The notes beneath the pieces were generated by a model. That model was not told the DNA's origin, searched no databases, and worked only from the letters and a program-made list of their open reading frames with translations. A stretch of 64,000 nt of DNA, from assembly GCA_963729835.1 (NCBI GenBank), contig CAVSQF010000023.1, positions 155,739 to 219,738 of the forward strand, given 5' to 3'. The translations under genes and the position numbers were made by a program. This stretch comes from an uncultured delta proteobacterium. Its GTDB lineage: Bacteria; Desulfobacterota; Binatia; HRBIN30. Positions 34,968 through 44,622 of the stretch are shown in pieces (positions within the stretch are counted from its first letter, which is position 1; each line of letters begins with the position of its first letter).

Positions 34968-36719
34968 TCAGGTTCCGACGAACGCTTCCATCGATTTGGC
35001 ACGACTCGGGTGCCGCAGCTTGCGCAACGCCTTGGCTTCAATCTGCCGAATGCGCTCGCGGGTGACCGCGAAGCGCTGCCCAACTTCTTCTAGAGTATAA
35101 TCGGACTTCTCACCAATGCCAAACCGCATGCGCAGAATCTGCTCCTCGCGCGGCGTCAACGTGGCCAGCACCTTCCGTGTCTGCTCCTCCAGGCTGGTGT
35201 AGACGGCCGCATCAGCGGGCGACACGGTCTGTCGGTCTTCGACGAAATCGCCAAGCGAGCTTTCCTCTTCGTCGCCGATCGGGGTTTCCAAGGAGACCGG
35301 TTCCTTGACGATCCGGAGCACCTTGCGCACCTTGTCGAGCGGCATTTCCATCTTGGCGGCGATCTCTTCCGGCGCCGGTTCGCGCCCCAGTTGCTGCACG
35401 AGATAGCGCGAGGAGCGCACGACCTTGTTGATGGTCTCGATCATGTGCACCGGGATGCGAATGGTGCGCGCTTGATCCGCGATGGCCCGGCTCACCGATT
35501 GGCGAATCCACCAGGTGGCGTACGTGGAAAATTTGTAGCCCCGCTGGTACTCGAATTTCTCTACGGCACGCATCAGGCCAATGTTGCCTTCCTGAACGAG
35601 ATCAAGGAATCCGAGGCCGCGGTTGGTGTAGCGCTTCGCGATGCTCACCACCAGACGCAGATTGGCCTCGATCAGCTTCTTCTTCCCGTCCTGGGCTTTC
35701 TGCTCCCCTGCGCGGATAAGATGCAAGGCACGAGCCAACGCGTCGTAGCTCATGCCCACCTCACGCTCCACCTCGACCACGCGTTTCCGCGATGCACGAA
35801 TTTCGTCGACGAGTTGCCGAGCGTCCTCAATCGGGAGGCGCAACCGGCGGCTGGCGCCGCTGGCCGCACGGGAATCATCGGAACGCAACTTCCCGCCGAT
35901 CTTGAGAATCTCATTGGCGGACAGTGCGGCGCGGCGCTCACAGCGAACGATGAACGCCTGCTGCTGTTCGACGAAACGGGCGGCCTTCTTGAGTTTCTCA
36001 ACAATGATACCGATGTGGCGCCGGCCGATTTCGAGTTCCTCGAGCGCTTTGGTCAACCGTCGACACAGTTGCGCCAACCGCCGCTCCGTTTGCGCAGCGA
36101 CCCGCGGGTGCTGGCGGCGTTGGCGGATCACCTCTTGGGCCTCACGGTGGTCTTCCACCAGGCGGCGGAACCGCTCCAACTGCTTCAGGATTGCGCCCTC
36201 CGGCTCCTTCTCGATGGGCTCACCCGTTTCCGTGTCCTCTTCTTCGGCCTCCTCATCCAGCAGCTCGCGTTCGGAGATCTCGCCCGTCCGGATTCTGTCG
36301 GTCAGTTCCAGCAAGTAGGTGATCGTGAAGGGCAGCGCCAACACCTCGTGGCGGACATCCCGCTCCCCGGCTTCGATTTGTTTGGCAATCTCGACCTCTT
36401 GCTCGCGCGTCAGGAGGGAGACGGCCCCCATCTCCTGGAGGTACATGCGGACCGGGTCGGAGGTGTCCTCCCCAAAGTTCTTGTCCTCCCGCTCCTCCTC
36501 CACCCATTCTTCTTTGTCATCGTCCTTCGAAAGCGTGGGCTCAGTGATTGCGTCAACCGATTCAACGTCGATCTCGCCGAGCATCGAGATCGCACCCTCG
36601 ATCTCATCGGCAGGTGCAGCGTCATGCGGCAACGCGTCAGCGATATCTTCGAAATGAGCGACTTCCGGTGCCGGTGGCGTTAGCGGCTTTTTTGCTCTCG
36701 GCTGGCGTTTTCTCTCCAT
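34968..36719 (-). CDS. rpoD: Primary RNA polymerase sigma factor (sigma-70)
   Basis: [70 protein letters not shown]. Confidence 0.96.
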   Translation of the reverse strand: MERKRQPRAKKPLTPPAPEVAHFEDIADALPHDAAPADEIEGAISMLGEIDVESVDAITEPTLSKDDDKEEWVEEEREDKNFGEDTSDPVRMYLQEMGAVSLLTREQEVEIAKQIEAGERDVRHEVLALPFTITYLLELTDRIRTGEISERELLDEEAEEEDTETGEPIEKEPEGAILKQLERFRRLVEDHREAQEVIRQRRQHPRVAAQTERRLAQLCRRLTKALEELEIGRRHIGIIVEKLKKAARFVEQQQAFIVRCERRAALSANEILKIGGKLRSDDSRAASGASRRLRLPIEDARQLVDEIRASRKRVVEVEREVGMSYDALARALHLIRAGEQKAQDGKKKLIEANLRLVVSIAKRYTNRGLGFLDLVQEGNIGLMRAVEKFEYQRGYKFSTYATWWIRQSVSRAIADQARTIRIPVHMIETINKVVRSSRYLVQQLGREPAPEEIAAKMEMPLDKVRKVLRIVKEPVSLETPIGDEEESSLGDFVEDRQTVSPADAAVYTSLEEQTRKVLATLTPREEQILRMRFGIGEKSDYTLEEVGQRFAVTRERIRQIEAKALRKLRHPSRAKSMEAFVGT

Positions 36720-37033
36720 GTCTCGCTCTCTCGCGCGACTGTCGACATCTCACCGAAGCGGCTCGTCGAGCCGCTCGGCGTCGAAGGCTCCCCGAAGCTT
36801 TGCACTTCCGAGGCCACATACGGCTGTGCCCGCTTATTGTCGATTATGCTCACACGAGCTCTCTGGGGGTTGGCGTTGCGTACCCAGAAGCGCCGTCTCT
36901 AGAAGGGTAACTTGCGTCAAACAAAGTCAGCTTCGGCGCTATTTAGAGAGGTTCAAACATCGAGTCAAGGCCTCGTGCGATGAAAACGCCCGATTCACGA
37001 CAATCCTCACTCCGCAATCGCAAACAGGCCAGC

Positions 37034-39517
37034 TCAATGAGGCGTCTCGGGTCCCGGCGGAGCCGTGGCTGGCGCGGCCGCAGCCGCGGCAGGTGGTGAC
37101 GGCGGTCCGAAGTTCCGCAAGCCTTCGGCCAATCGCCGCAGGCTCTGCGCCGCCAGGTAGTGAATCGTGCCGGCCTCGCTGACACTGCCGGCACAATGAC
37201 CGGTCAGCACTTCCAACCCCTCGTCCACCGTCCGAATCGGGTACAGATGGAACTGCCCCTCCCGGATCGCCTGGGCCAGCTCCGCGCGCAGGACAAGATT
37301 GTCAATATTCTGCATGGGCAGCATCACGCCCTGACGGCCAGTCAACCCGACTGCCTGGCATGTCGCAAAGAACCCCTCGACCTTCTCGTTGATCCCTCCG
37401 ATCGGTTGGATCTGCCCCCACTGATTGACGCTGCCGGTCACCGCGATGTCTTGCCGCAACGGTAGCCCACTCAAGCTCGAAATCAACGCGAAGAGTTCGG
37501 TCGAAGAGGCGCTGTCGCCGTCGATGCCGGAATAAGACTGCTCGAAGCAGATACTGGCCGACAAACTCAGGGGGAAATCCTGCGCATACGTGTGCCGGAG
37601 GTAACCCGAGATGATCAACACGCCCTTATCGTGAGTGCGCCCGCTGAGCTGCACCTCGCGTTCGACATTGATGATTCCTTGATTGCCCATGGCCACCGCT
37701 GCCGTGACGCGCGACGGACGACCGAACTGGTAGCCACCAAGGTTCAAGACCGCCAGCCCGTTCACTTGGCCGACCCTGCTGCCGTCCACATCGACCAGCA
37801 AGACCCCGTCGTGGATCAATTCCCGGATCTTTTCCTCCACCCGATTGAGTCGGAACATGCGTTGATCGAGTGCCTGCTGCACGTGGATCGCATCGACCTG
37901 CTCGTGACCGGCTTTGCGGCACCAGAAGGTTGCCTCACGCAGCACATCGGCGATCTCGTCCCACTGGCTTGGGAGTTTGCGGCGGTCGTCCAAGAGCCGG
38001 GCGCCGAATTCGAGTATCCGCGCAACGGCGGCAGCCGTAAACGGAGGCAGCCCTTCGCTGTGAACCATGCGCGCCACCTGAGCGATGAAGTTGGCGCGTG
38101 CCTGCTCCGCGTCGACTTCGAAACCGAACTCCGCCCGAATTTTGAAAATCTTCTGGAATTCCTCATCGTAGAAGTAGAGCAGCTGGAATAGCTCCGGGGG
38201 ACCCGTCAACACGACGCGCGTGGCGATGCGGATGGGTTCGGGCTTGAGCGCACTGGTGGCGAACAAGGCAAAGGGATCGTAGGCCTCGATCTCCAACTCG
38301 CCGCTTTTCAGGTAGCGCTTCAACGCGCGCCACACCATCGGCTCCGAGAGCGTGTCGAGGGCGTTGATGATGACGCACCCGCCGTGCCCACGCAGGAGCG
38401 AACCCGCTTTGACGCGGGTGAAGTTGGTCACCAACTTGCCCGAGGGGTCGACCATGCGTTCGACGGCGCCGAAGAGGTTCTTGTACGTGGGGGAACTCTC
38501 GGTAATGATCGGCGCCCCCGCCGTCGCGCTGTTGTCCACCAGCACGTTCACCTCGTAATCGACCAGTCCCGTCTCCGGTACCGCGCCAGCGAACATCCCA
38601 GGAAATGGGAAGGGCGGGGCGGGCGCTTGCGGTTCTTGAAATGCGTCGAGGTTGTCGAGCATGTGCTCGCGCACCTCGGTGAGATATTGCTGGACCTCCG
38701 GCGCGGCGTACCGTTGCGTGATCTCCTCGATCAGCGGCGTGATGACGTCGGCAGCCACCCGTCGTTCGACGGCCTTCACCTCCCGCCCGAGCCGCCGCGC
38801 CAAAGCCTGTTGCCGGCGCAGCATGGTTTTGACCTCGCGCGACAACTCCCGTTCGCGCTGCCGCAGCTCGTTCTGCTCTGCCTCGCCCAGCGCTTCGAGC
38901 TCGCTCGGCTCCATCGGCCGGCCGTCCTTCAGCGGGATGAACAGGATGCCGCCTTGGGGATGCGATTGCAGCGCAAACCCTTTTTCGGCGGCGTGCTGCT
39001 GCAAGCCTTTGGCGATCTCCTCGCCCTCATGACCGTACCGCTCCGCCAGCTGCTCTTTCTCCTCTTCGAACGTCTCCTTGCGAAAGGTCTCGGGCAGGAG
39101 CTGCTTCAAATCGTCGACCAGCTCTTGCAGGTCGCGGCGGAGCTGTTTGCCTTGACCGGCCGGCAGATAGAAGGCGCGTGGCCGATCGCGGTTCTGGAAA
39201 TTCTGCACGAGCACGCGGTCGCCGGGCTGGGGGAACTTACGGGTCAACTCGCTGAGCAGGCCCGCCAAGGTTTGCTCGCGCTCCGTGCCGGCCAACCCGC
39301 TCACATAGATGTTGTAGCCCGCATGCGTGACCCCCAACCCCAACTCGAGGGCCGCTAGCGCCCGCTCTTGGCCGACCCAATCCGGCGTCGCCGTGATCTC
39401 AGCCGTAGTGGCAAAGCCGAGGCTGGCCACGTTGACCGAGAAGGTTGCCTCCGCAGCCGTCAGTTCACGCGGCGGGCTCGCCGCCTTAATTTCCACGGGT
39501 TCCTGACCAGCAGGCAT
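37034..39517 (-). CDS. Lon-like S16 protease with a degenerate P-loop and a long coiled-coil insertion (LonC-like)
   Basis: The Walker A position reads SGLAGTER (no Lys-Ser/Thr). Protease domain has GDSASSTELFALISSL (Ser) and GGINEKVEGFF (Lys). Charged helical insert is EEEKEQLAERYG...RQRERELSREVK. Confidence 0.8.
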   Translation of the reverse strand: MPAGQEPVEIKAASPPRELTAAEATFSVNVASLGFATTAEITATPDWVGQERALAALELGLGVTHAGYNIYVSGLAGTEREQTLAGLLSELTRKFPQPGDRVLVQNFQNRDRPRAFYLPAGQGKQLRRDLQELVDDLKQLLPETFRKETFEEEKEQLAERYGHEGEEIAKGLQQHAAEKGFALQSHPQGGILFIPLKDGRPMEPSELEALGEAEQNELRQRERELSREVKTMLRRQQALARRLGREVKAVERRVAADVITPLIEEITQRYAAPEVQQYLTEVREHMLDNLDAFQEPQAPAPPFPFPGMFAGAVPETGLVDYEVNVLVDNSATAGAPIITESSPTYKNLFGAVERMVDPSGKLVTNFTRVKAGSLLRGHGGCVIINALDTLSEPMVWRALKRYLKSGELEIEAYDPFALFATSALKPEPIRIATRVVLTGPPELFQLLYFYDEEFQKIFKIRAEFGFEVDAEQARANFIAQVARMVHSEGLPPFTAAAVARILEFGARLLDDRRKLPSQWDEIADVLREATFWCRKAGHEQVDAIHVQQALDQRMFRLNRVEEKIRELIHDGVLLVDVDGSRVGQVNGLAVLNLGGYQFGRPSRVTAAVAMGNQGIINVEREVQLSGRTHDKGVLIISGYLRHTYAQDFPLSLSASICFEQSYSGIDGDSASSTELFALISSLSGLPLRQDIAVTGSVNQWGQIQPIGGINEKVEGFFATCQAVGLTGRQGVMLPMQNIDNLVLRAELAQAIREGQFHLYPIRTVDEGLEVLTGHCAGSVSEAGTIHYLAAQSLRRLAEGLRNFGPPSPPAAAAAAPATAPPGPETPH

Positions 39518-39888
39518 TATGACCGCCGCCGAATATGAAGGTTGAGAGTGGAGTCCTCGATCCGGGCTTCAATGTTGTCGGGATCGGCGTCGGCTGGCAG
39601 GGTGAGCGTCCGCTCGAACGTGATGGCGTGCTGTGTCCGTGTCCAGCCCGTCTTGCCCGCGCGCGCTTTCTGCTGGTGCCGTGCGCCCGTGATGGTCAGC
39701 TGCCGGCCGTGCACTTGCACCGTCAAGTCACTCGCGAGCATCCCCGGTACGGGCAGTCGGATGATCCATCCATCATCCACCTCTTGCATCTCCGCGGGCA
39801 CGATCTCGCGACCAGGCCCGCGCCAGGGGCGATGCACGAGCTCATCGAACAGACGGTCGATCTCATCGAGCACTGAGGGCAGTGGCAT
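39517..39888 (-). CDS. Hsp20 / alpha-crystallin small heat-shock protein
   Basis: DDGWIIRLPVPGMLASDLTVQVHGRQLTITGAR ... FERTLTLPADADPDNIEARIEDSTLNLHI. Its TAA shares one base with the ATG of the Lon-like gene. Confidence 0.85.
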   Translation of the reverse strand: MPLPSVLDEIDRLFDELVHRPWRGPGREIVPAEMQEVDDGWIIRLPVPGMLASDLTVQVHGRQLTITGARHQQKARAGKTGWTRTQHAITFERTLTLPADADPDNIEARIEDSTLNLHIRRRS

Positions 39889-40070
39889 CGCGACGTCACG
39901 GTTACCACCGCGCACGCCGCACCGCAATGAGGTGGCACTATCTGTGGGTTGCCGCTCACGAATTAGTGCCGGCGCGGCCACGGCCGAGAAAATTGATGCC
40001 GCCCGTATTTACTCACGGGATATGTACTGCTAGCTGCCTCTTGCAAGGATAGAGTGTAGGGACACAGGGC

Positions 40071-40667
40071 ATGGGTGTAGTGGACGACCCAAATACATCG
40101 CCGCAACGACTGCGCCTCCTGCAACGGTTGCGTGCCGCCATTGGCCAGCCTTTGGCTCCGGCCACGGCGATTGCTGACAGCTTCATCCTGACGCGCTTGG
40201 CGGACGCTGTGCAGTGGGCGCGCAAGTACTCGTTCTTCCCGTATCCGTTCGTGACTGCGTGCTGCGGCATGGAGTACATGTCGGTGGCCGGTCCACGCTT
40301 CGATATCGACCGGTTCGGCGCGGCCTTTCCCCGCTTCACGCCACGACAGTCCGATTTGCTGATGGTCGTCGGGACGATCACGCATCGGCAGGCGCCGGTG
40401 TTGCGCCGCGTATGGGAGCAGATGGCCGAGCCGAAATGGGTCATGTCATTCGGCGCCTGTACCTCCTCCGGCGGGCCGTACAACAACTACGCGGTGGTTC
40501 AGGGAATCGATACGATCATCCCTGTGCATATCTATATCCCGGGGTGCCCGCCCCGCCCGGAGGCGGTGCTCGATGGCTTGATCAAACTGCAGCAACGCGT
40601 CCAAGAGGAGCGCGGTGGGCAGCCGTTGCGTGAGATCCACGGCAGCGGGCGCGTGATTCAGGAATAG
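40071..40667 (+). CDS. nuoB: NADH-quinone oxidoreductase subunit B-like
   Basis: ACCGMEYM, RFTPRQSDLLMVVGT, FGACTSSGGPY, IYIPGCPPRPEA (the four N2-cluster cysteines). Confidence 0.88.
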   Translation: MGVVDDPNTSPQRLRLLQRLRAAIGQPLAPATAIADSFILTRLADAVQWARKYSFFPYPFVTACCGMEYMSVAGPRFDIDRFGAAFPRFTPRQSDLLMVVGTITHRQAPVLRRVWEQMAEPKWVMSFGACTSSGGPYNNYAVVQGIDTIIPVHIYIPGCPPRPEAVLDGLIKLQQRVQEERGGQPLREIHGSGRVIQE

Positions 40668-40670
40668 CGG

Positions 40671-42290
40671 ATGCCGACGATTACGATTGACGGGCGCTCC
40701 ATCGAGGCCCCTGCCGGCGCCATGCTGCTGCCGGTCGCCCTCGAAAATGGCATCCACATTCCCCACTACTGCTGGCACCCGAAGCTGTCCATCGACGGCA
40801 GCTGCCGCATGTGCCAAGTCGAGGTGGAAGGCAGCCCGAAGCTGGTGATCGCCTGCAACATGCCGATCCGCGATGGGATGGTAGTGCGCACGGACACCCC
40901 GGTTGTGCAGAACGCCCGCCGCGGTGTGATGGAGCTGTTGCTCGTCAATCATCCACTCGATTGCCCCATCTGCGACAAGGCCGGCGAGTGTCTTTTGCAG
41001 GACTATTCATTCAACTTCGGCAGCCGCCAGGCGCGCACCCAAGAACCGCGGCGCAAGCTGCAGAAACGCAAGGACATTGGGCCGCGCATGATCCTGGATC
41101 AGGAGCGCTGCATCCTCTGCCGGCGCTGCGTCCGCTTCTGCCGCGAGATCACCGGGACGCACGAGCTCGGCGTGTTCAATATGGGCGACCGCTCCGTGCT
41201 CGACGTCATGGAGGGCGCGCCGCTCGCCAACGACTACTCGATCTGCACGGCGGACACCTGCCCGGTTGGGGCGCTGGAGAGCAAGGACTTCCATCACAAG
41301 TTGCGGGTGTGGTTCCTGAAGAAAACGGAGAGTGTTTGCCCGAGCTGTGCCAACGGCTGCAACATCACGGTGAACCACTACCGCAACCGGATCTGGCGCC
41401 TGATGCCGCGGCGCAATGACGCGGTGAACGAATGCTGGATGTGCGACCACGGCCGCCTCAATTACCAGGATGTGAACAGCCCGGAGCGATTGCGCACACC
41501 GCTGCTGCGGGCGAACGGGCACCTGGCAGCGTGCGGGTGGGACGAGGCCATCAGCGCCGGCGCCGCGCAACTGCGACGCATTGCGCGCGCGTCCGGCGGA
41601 GGCAGCATCGCGGCCGTGGCCTCGCCGCATCTCACCAACGAGGAGAGCTTCCGGTTCGCGCAACTCCTGCGGGCACTGGAGGTGACTAACGTCGATGTCG
41701 CCGTGCGTCTCGGCGCACACGATAGCTTGCTGATCAAATCAGAAAAGGCCGCCAACGCGCGTGGGGCACGTGACATGGGCCTGTGCCCAGGAGCGCATGG
41801 GGTTGGACTCCCGGCGCTGCTCGAGTCCGCGGCGCAGGGGCAGATCCGCGCCCTCTACGTCTGTGGCCCCGATCTCTGGGAAACGGCAGACCGCCAACTG
41901 CTGGAGAAGGCGCTCAGCCATCTCGAGTGTTTGATTGTGCAGGACCTTTTTCGCTCGCCGCTTGCCGAGCGCGCGCACCTGGTGCTGCCGGCGCTGACGT
42001 TCGCGGAGAAAGCGGGCACGTTCACGAATTTCGCCGGGCGCGTGCAGCAGGTACGGTGTGCCATTCAACCGCTCGACGACCAGCCCAGCGATGGCGAGAT
42101 CTTCAGCCGGCTGCTCGGCCAGTTGGTCGAGGGCCGCTGGACCTTCAACCCGCAGGCGGTGTTCGCCGAGATCGCGCAGGCAGTGCCGCAATACGCGGGC
42201 TTGACCTACGAGAAGGTCGGGCTGCTCGGTTGGGCGCTGCCCGCCGGTGACACGCCGCCGCGCGCCGGCGCTGGGGAGGCCGGGGCCTGA
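40671..42290 (+). CDS. nuoG: NADH dehydrogenase subunit G-like (short form, 539 aa)
   Basis: An N-terminal 2Fe-2S domain (CWHPKLSIDGSCRMCQVEV...ACN), HPLDCPICDKAGEC, CILCRRCVRFC, and a truncated molybdopterin-like domain. Confidence 0.85.
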   Translation: MPTITIDGRSIEAPAGAMLLPVALENGIHIPHYCWHPKLSIDGSCRMCQVEVEGSPKLVIACNMPIRDGMVVRTDTPVVQNARRGVMELLLVNHPLDCPICDKAGECLLQDYSFNFGSRQARTQEPRRKLQKRKDIGPRMILDQERCILCRRCVRFCREITGTHELGVFNMGDRSVLDVMEGAPLANDYSICTADTCPVGALESKDFHHKLRVWFLKKTESVCPSCANGCNITVNHYRNRIWRLMPRRNDAVNECWMCDHGRLNYQDVNSPERLRTPLLRANGHLAACGWDEAISAGAAQLRRIARASGGGSIAAVASPHLTNEESFRFAQLLRALEVTNVDVAVRLGAHDSLLIKSEKAANARGARDMGLCPGAHGVGLPALLESAAQGQIRALYVCGPDLWETADRQLLEKALSHLECLIVQDLFRSPLAERAHLVLPALTFAEKAGTFTNFAGRVQQVRCAIQPLDDQPSDGEIFSRLLGQLVEGRWTFNPQAVFAEIAQAVPQYAGLTYEKVGLLGWALPAGDTPPRAGAGEAGA

Positions 42291-42832
42291 TGGCCACGCG
42301 CGTCGTCACCGTCGTTCGCCCCCAACCGATGAGTGAAAGCTGGGCGCGCACCGCTTTCGCCCTCGTGGTGGGACTGTGGGTGACGAACAGCCACTTTCTG
42401 CGCAATCTGTGGGGCTTCCTCCGGCGCAAGCCCACCGTCTTCACCGTGCAATATCCGGAGCAGCGCGTGGCGCTCCCCAATGCCTTCCGCGGCATGCCGG
42501 TGCTGGTGCAGATGGATAACGGGAAGGAACGTTGCGTAGCGTGCGGGCTCTGTGAATGGGCCTGCCCGACCGATTGCATCACCATCTTCCCGGCGGAGAC
42601 AGAGGACGAGATCGAGCGCTACCCGCAGGTGTTCGACATCGAGATGTCGCGCTGCATGTTCTGCGGTCTGTGCGAGGAGGCCTGTCCGGAAGAGGCGATC
42701 GTCATGAGCCAGCAGATGGAGATCACCGCCTACACGCGCGCCGGCACCGTCTGGCACAAACAGGACCTGCTCGTCCCAGTGTCGAAGCTTGCGCCGCGCC
42801 TGCAGCATGTGCGCGGCGGCTACGAACGGTGA
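42290..42832 (+). CDS. nuoI: NADH-quinone oxidoreductase subunit I (two 4Fe-4S)
   Basis: CVACGLCEWACPTDCI and CMFCGLCEEACPEEAI. TGATG overlap with nuoG. Confidence 0.9.
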   Translation: MATRVVTVVRPQPMSESWARTAFALVVGLWVTNSHFLRNLWGFLRRKPTVFTVQYPEQRVALPNAFRGMPVLVQMDNGKERCVACGLCEWACPTDCITIFPAETEDEIERYPQVFDIEMSRCMFCGLCEEACPEEAIVMSQQMEITAYTRAGTVWHKQDLLVPVSKLAPRLQHVRGGYER

Positions 42833-42849
42833 AAGGTTGATGCGAGGGC

Positions 42850-44622
42850 ATGGCTGAAGGGGTAGAATCACAATCTGTGATGCCGTCGGGTGAGGCCCAG
42901 GTGCCGGCGCATCCCGTTCTGGATCGCTTGCGCGAGCGCTTCCCGTCCGCCGGGCTCGCCGGCGGCGTGTACCGCGGCGACGCCAGCCTCAGCGTACCGG
43001 CCGACCGCCTGCTCGAGGTCGCGCGCTTCGTGAAAGAGGATCCGCACCTGCGCTTCGACATGCCGATCGACGTGACGGCGGTCGACTACCTCGGCCAGCG
43101 GCCGCGCTTCGAGGTCGTCTACCATCTACTCTCGACCGTGCATCATCATCGGCTGCGGCTGAAGGCCCGCGTGCCCGAAGAGAACCCGACCATTCCCAGC
43201 GTGACGCCGATCTGGGTGGGCGCGAACTGGTTGGAGCGGGAAACCTACGATATGTACGGCATCCAGTTCAGCGGCCACCCGGACCTGCGCCGCATCTACT
43301 TGTACGATGAGTTCCAGGGATATCCGCTGCGCAAGGACTATCCCAAGGAGAAGCGCCAACCGCTCATCGGGCCCGGGGCGGCGCACACGCAACTGGCGGA
43401 CACCCATCCGTACTCCACCGACTTGCTACAGCCCGTGGGCGGCAGGGGCATGCTCGATACCGAGTTGCTGCGCGTGCAGATCGGCCCGTCGCATCCGGCG
43501 ACGCACGGCACCGTGCGCATCGTGATGGATCTCGATGGCGAGACCATCGTCAACGCCGACGTCCAGGTCGGCTTCCTCCATCGCGGCTTCGAGAAGGAAT
43601 GCGAGAGCGGTTATTACTACCAGGCCATTCCCTACACCGACCGGCTCAATTACTGTTCCTCGATCCTCTGCAACATCGGTTACTGCCTCGCCGTGGAGAA
43701 ACTCCTCGATGTCCAGACGCCACCGCGCTGTCAGTTCCTGCGTGTCATCAGCGGTGAGCTCGCACGGATGTGCGATCATTTCATCTGCCTCGGTGCGACG
43801 GCACTCGAGCTGAGCGCGTTTTCGGCCTTTCTCTACGCCCTCGAAGCCCGCGAGCTGATCTGGGACCTGGTGGATGCCATCTGCGGCGCCCGGGTCACCA
43901 GCAACTACGTGCGTATCGGCGGCGTGAGCGCTGATTTGCCGGACGGGTTTGTGGAGCTGGCACCGCAGAAGATCAAAGCGGCGCTCAAGTTGCTGGTCGA
44001 CATGGAGCGGCTGCTGATCGAGAATCCGATCTTCCGCGGACGCATGGAAGGCACCGGGCGGCTGCCCGTCGAGGAGCTGATTGCCTACGGCGTGTGCGGG
44101 CCGGTGCTGCGTGCAGCCGGGGTCGACCTCGACCTCCGACGCACACAGCCGTACTTGGTGTACGATCAGCTCGACTTCGATGTCCCCCTCGGTACGGCCG
44201 GCGATAACATGGATCGATTCCTCGTGCGTATCGAGGAGATCCGCCAAAGCGCACGCATCATCGACCAATGCTTGCGCCTGCTGCCTGATGGTCCGGTCAA
44301 CATCGACGATCCTGCGATCCGCTGGCCCGGCAAAGGCCGCGTGTACACGCGCATGGAGGAGCTCATCGATCAGTTCAAACTGGTCACCGAGGGTGTGAAA
44401 CCCCCGCCCGGTGAGGCGTACGTCGGCACCGAGTCCGCCAATGGCGAGATTGGATTCTTCTTGGTCAGCGACGGCTCCGGCAAGCCGTACAAGTGCCGTT
44501 GCCGTTCGCCCAGCTTCTCCAACGTGCAGCCGCTGAGTCGTATGATCCAAGGCCGGCTGCTTGCGGACTTCGTTCCGACATTCGACATGATCAACCTAAT
44601 CGGAGGGGAATGTGACCGTTGA
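42850..44622 (+). CDS. nuoCD: Fused NuoC-NuoD subunit
   Basis: The NuoC part has WLERETYDMYGIQFSGHPDLRRI. The NuoD part has IGPSHPATHGTVRIV, FLHRGFEK and a C-terminal RSPSFSNVQ...GECDR. No hydrogenase CxxC motifs. Confidence 0.9.
   Translation: MAEGVESQSVMPSGEAQVPAHPVLDRLRERFPSAGLAGGVYRGDASLSVPADRLLEVARFVKEDPHLRFDMPIDVTAVDYLGQRPRFEVVYHLLSTVHHHRLRLKARVPEENPTIPSVTPIWVGANWLERETYDMYGIQFSGHPDLRRIYLYDEFQGYPLRKDYPKEKRQPLIGPGAAHTQLADTHPYSTDLLQPVGGRGMLDTELLRVQIGPSHPATHGTVRIVMDLDGETIVNADVQVGFLHRGFEKECESGYYYQAIPYTDRLNYCSSILCNIGYCLAVEKLLDVQTPPRCQFLRVISGELARMCDHFICLGATALELSAFSAFLYALEARELIWDLVDAICGARVTSNYVRIGGVSADLPDGFVELAPQKIKAALKLLVDMERLLIENPIFRGRMEGTGRLPVEELIAYGVCGPVLRAAGVDLDLRRTQPYLVYDQLDFDVPLGTAGDNMDRFLVRIEEIRQSARIIDQCLRLLPDGPVNIDDPAIRWPGKGRVYTRMEELIDQFKLVTEGVKPPPGEAYVGTESANGEIGFFLVSDGSGKPYKCRCRSPSFSNVQPLSRMIQGRLLADFVPTFDMINLIGGECDR

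Noticed and set aside
40071-44622. Group 4 [NiFe]-hydrogenase (Ech/Mbh-like) rather than a complex I module
   Set aside because: The NuoD-like half lacks the N-terminal RxCGxC and C-terminal DPCxxC Ni-Fe ligands. NuoE/F/G NADH-input subunits are present.
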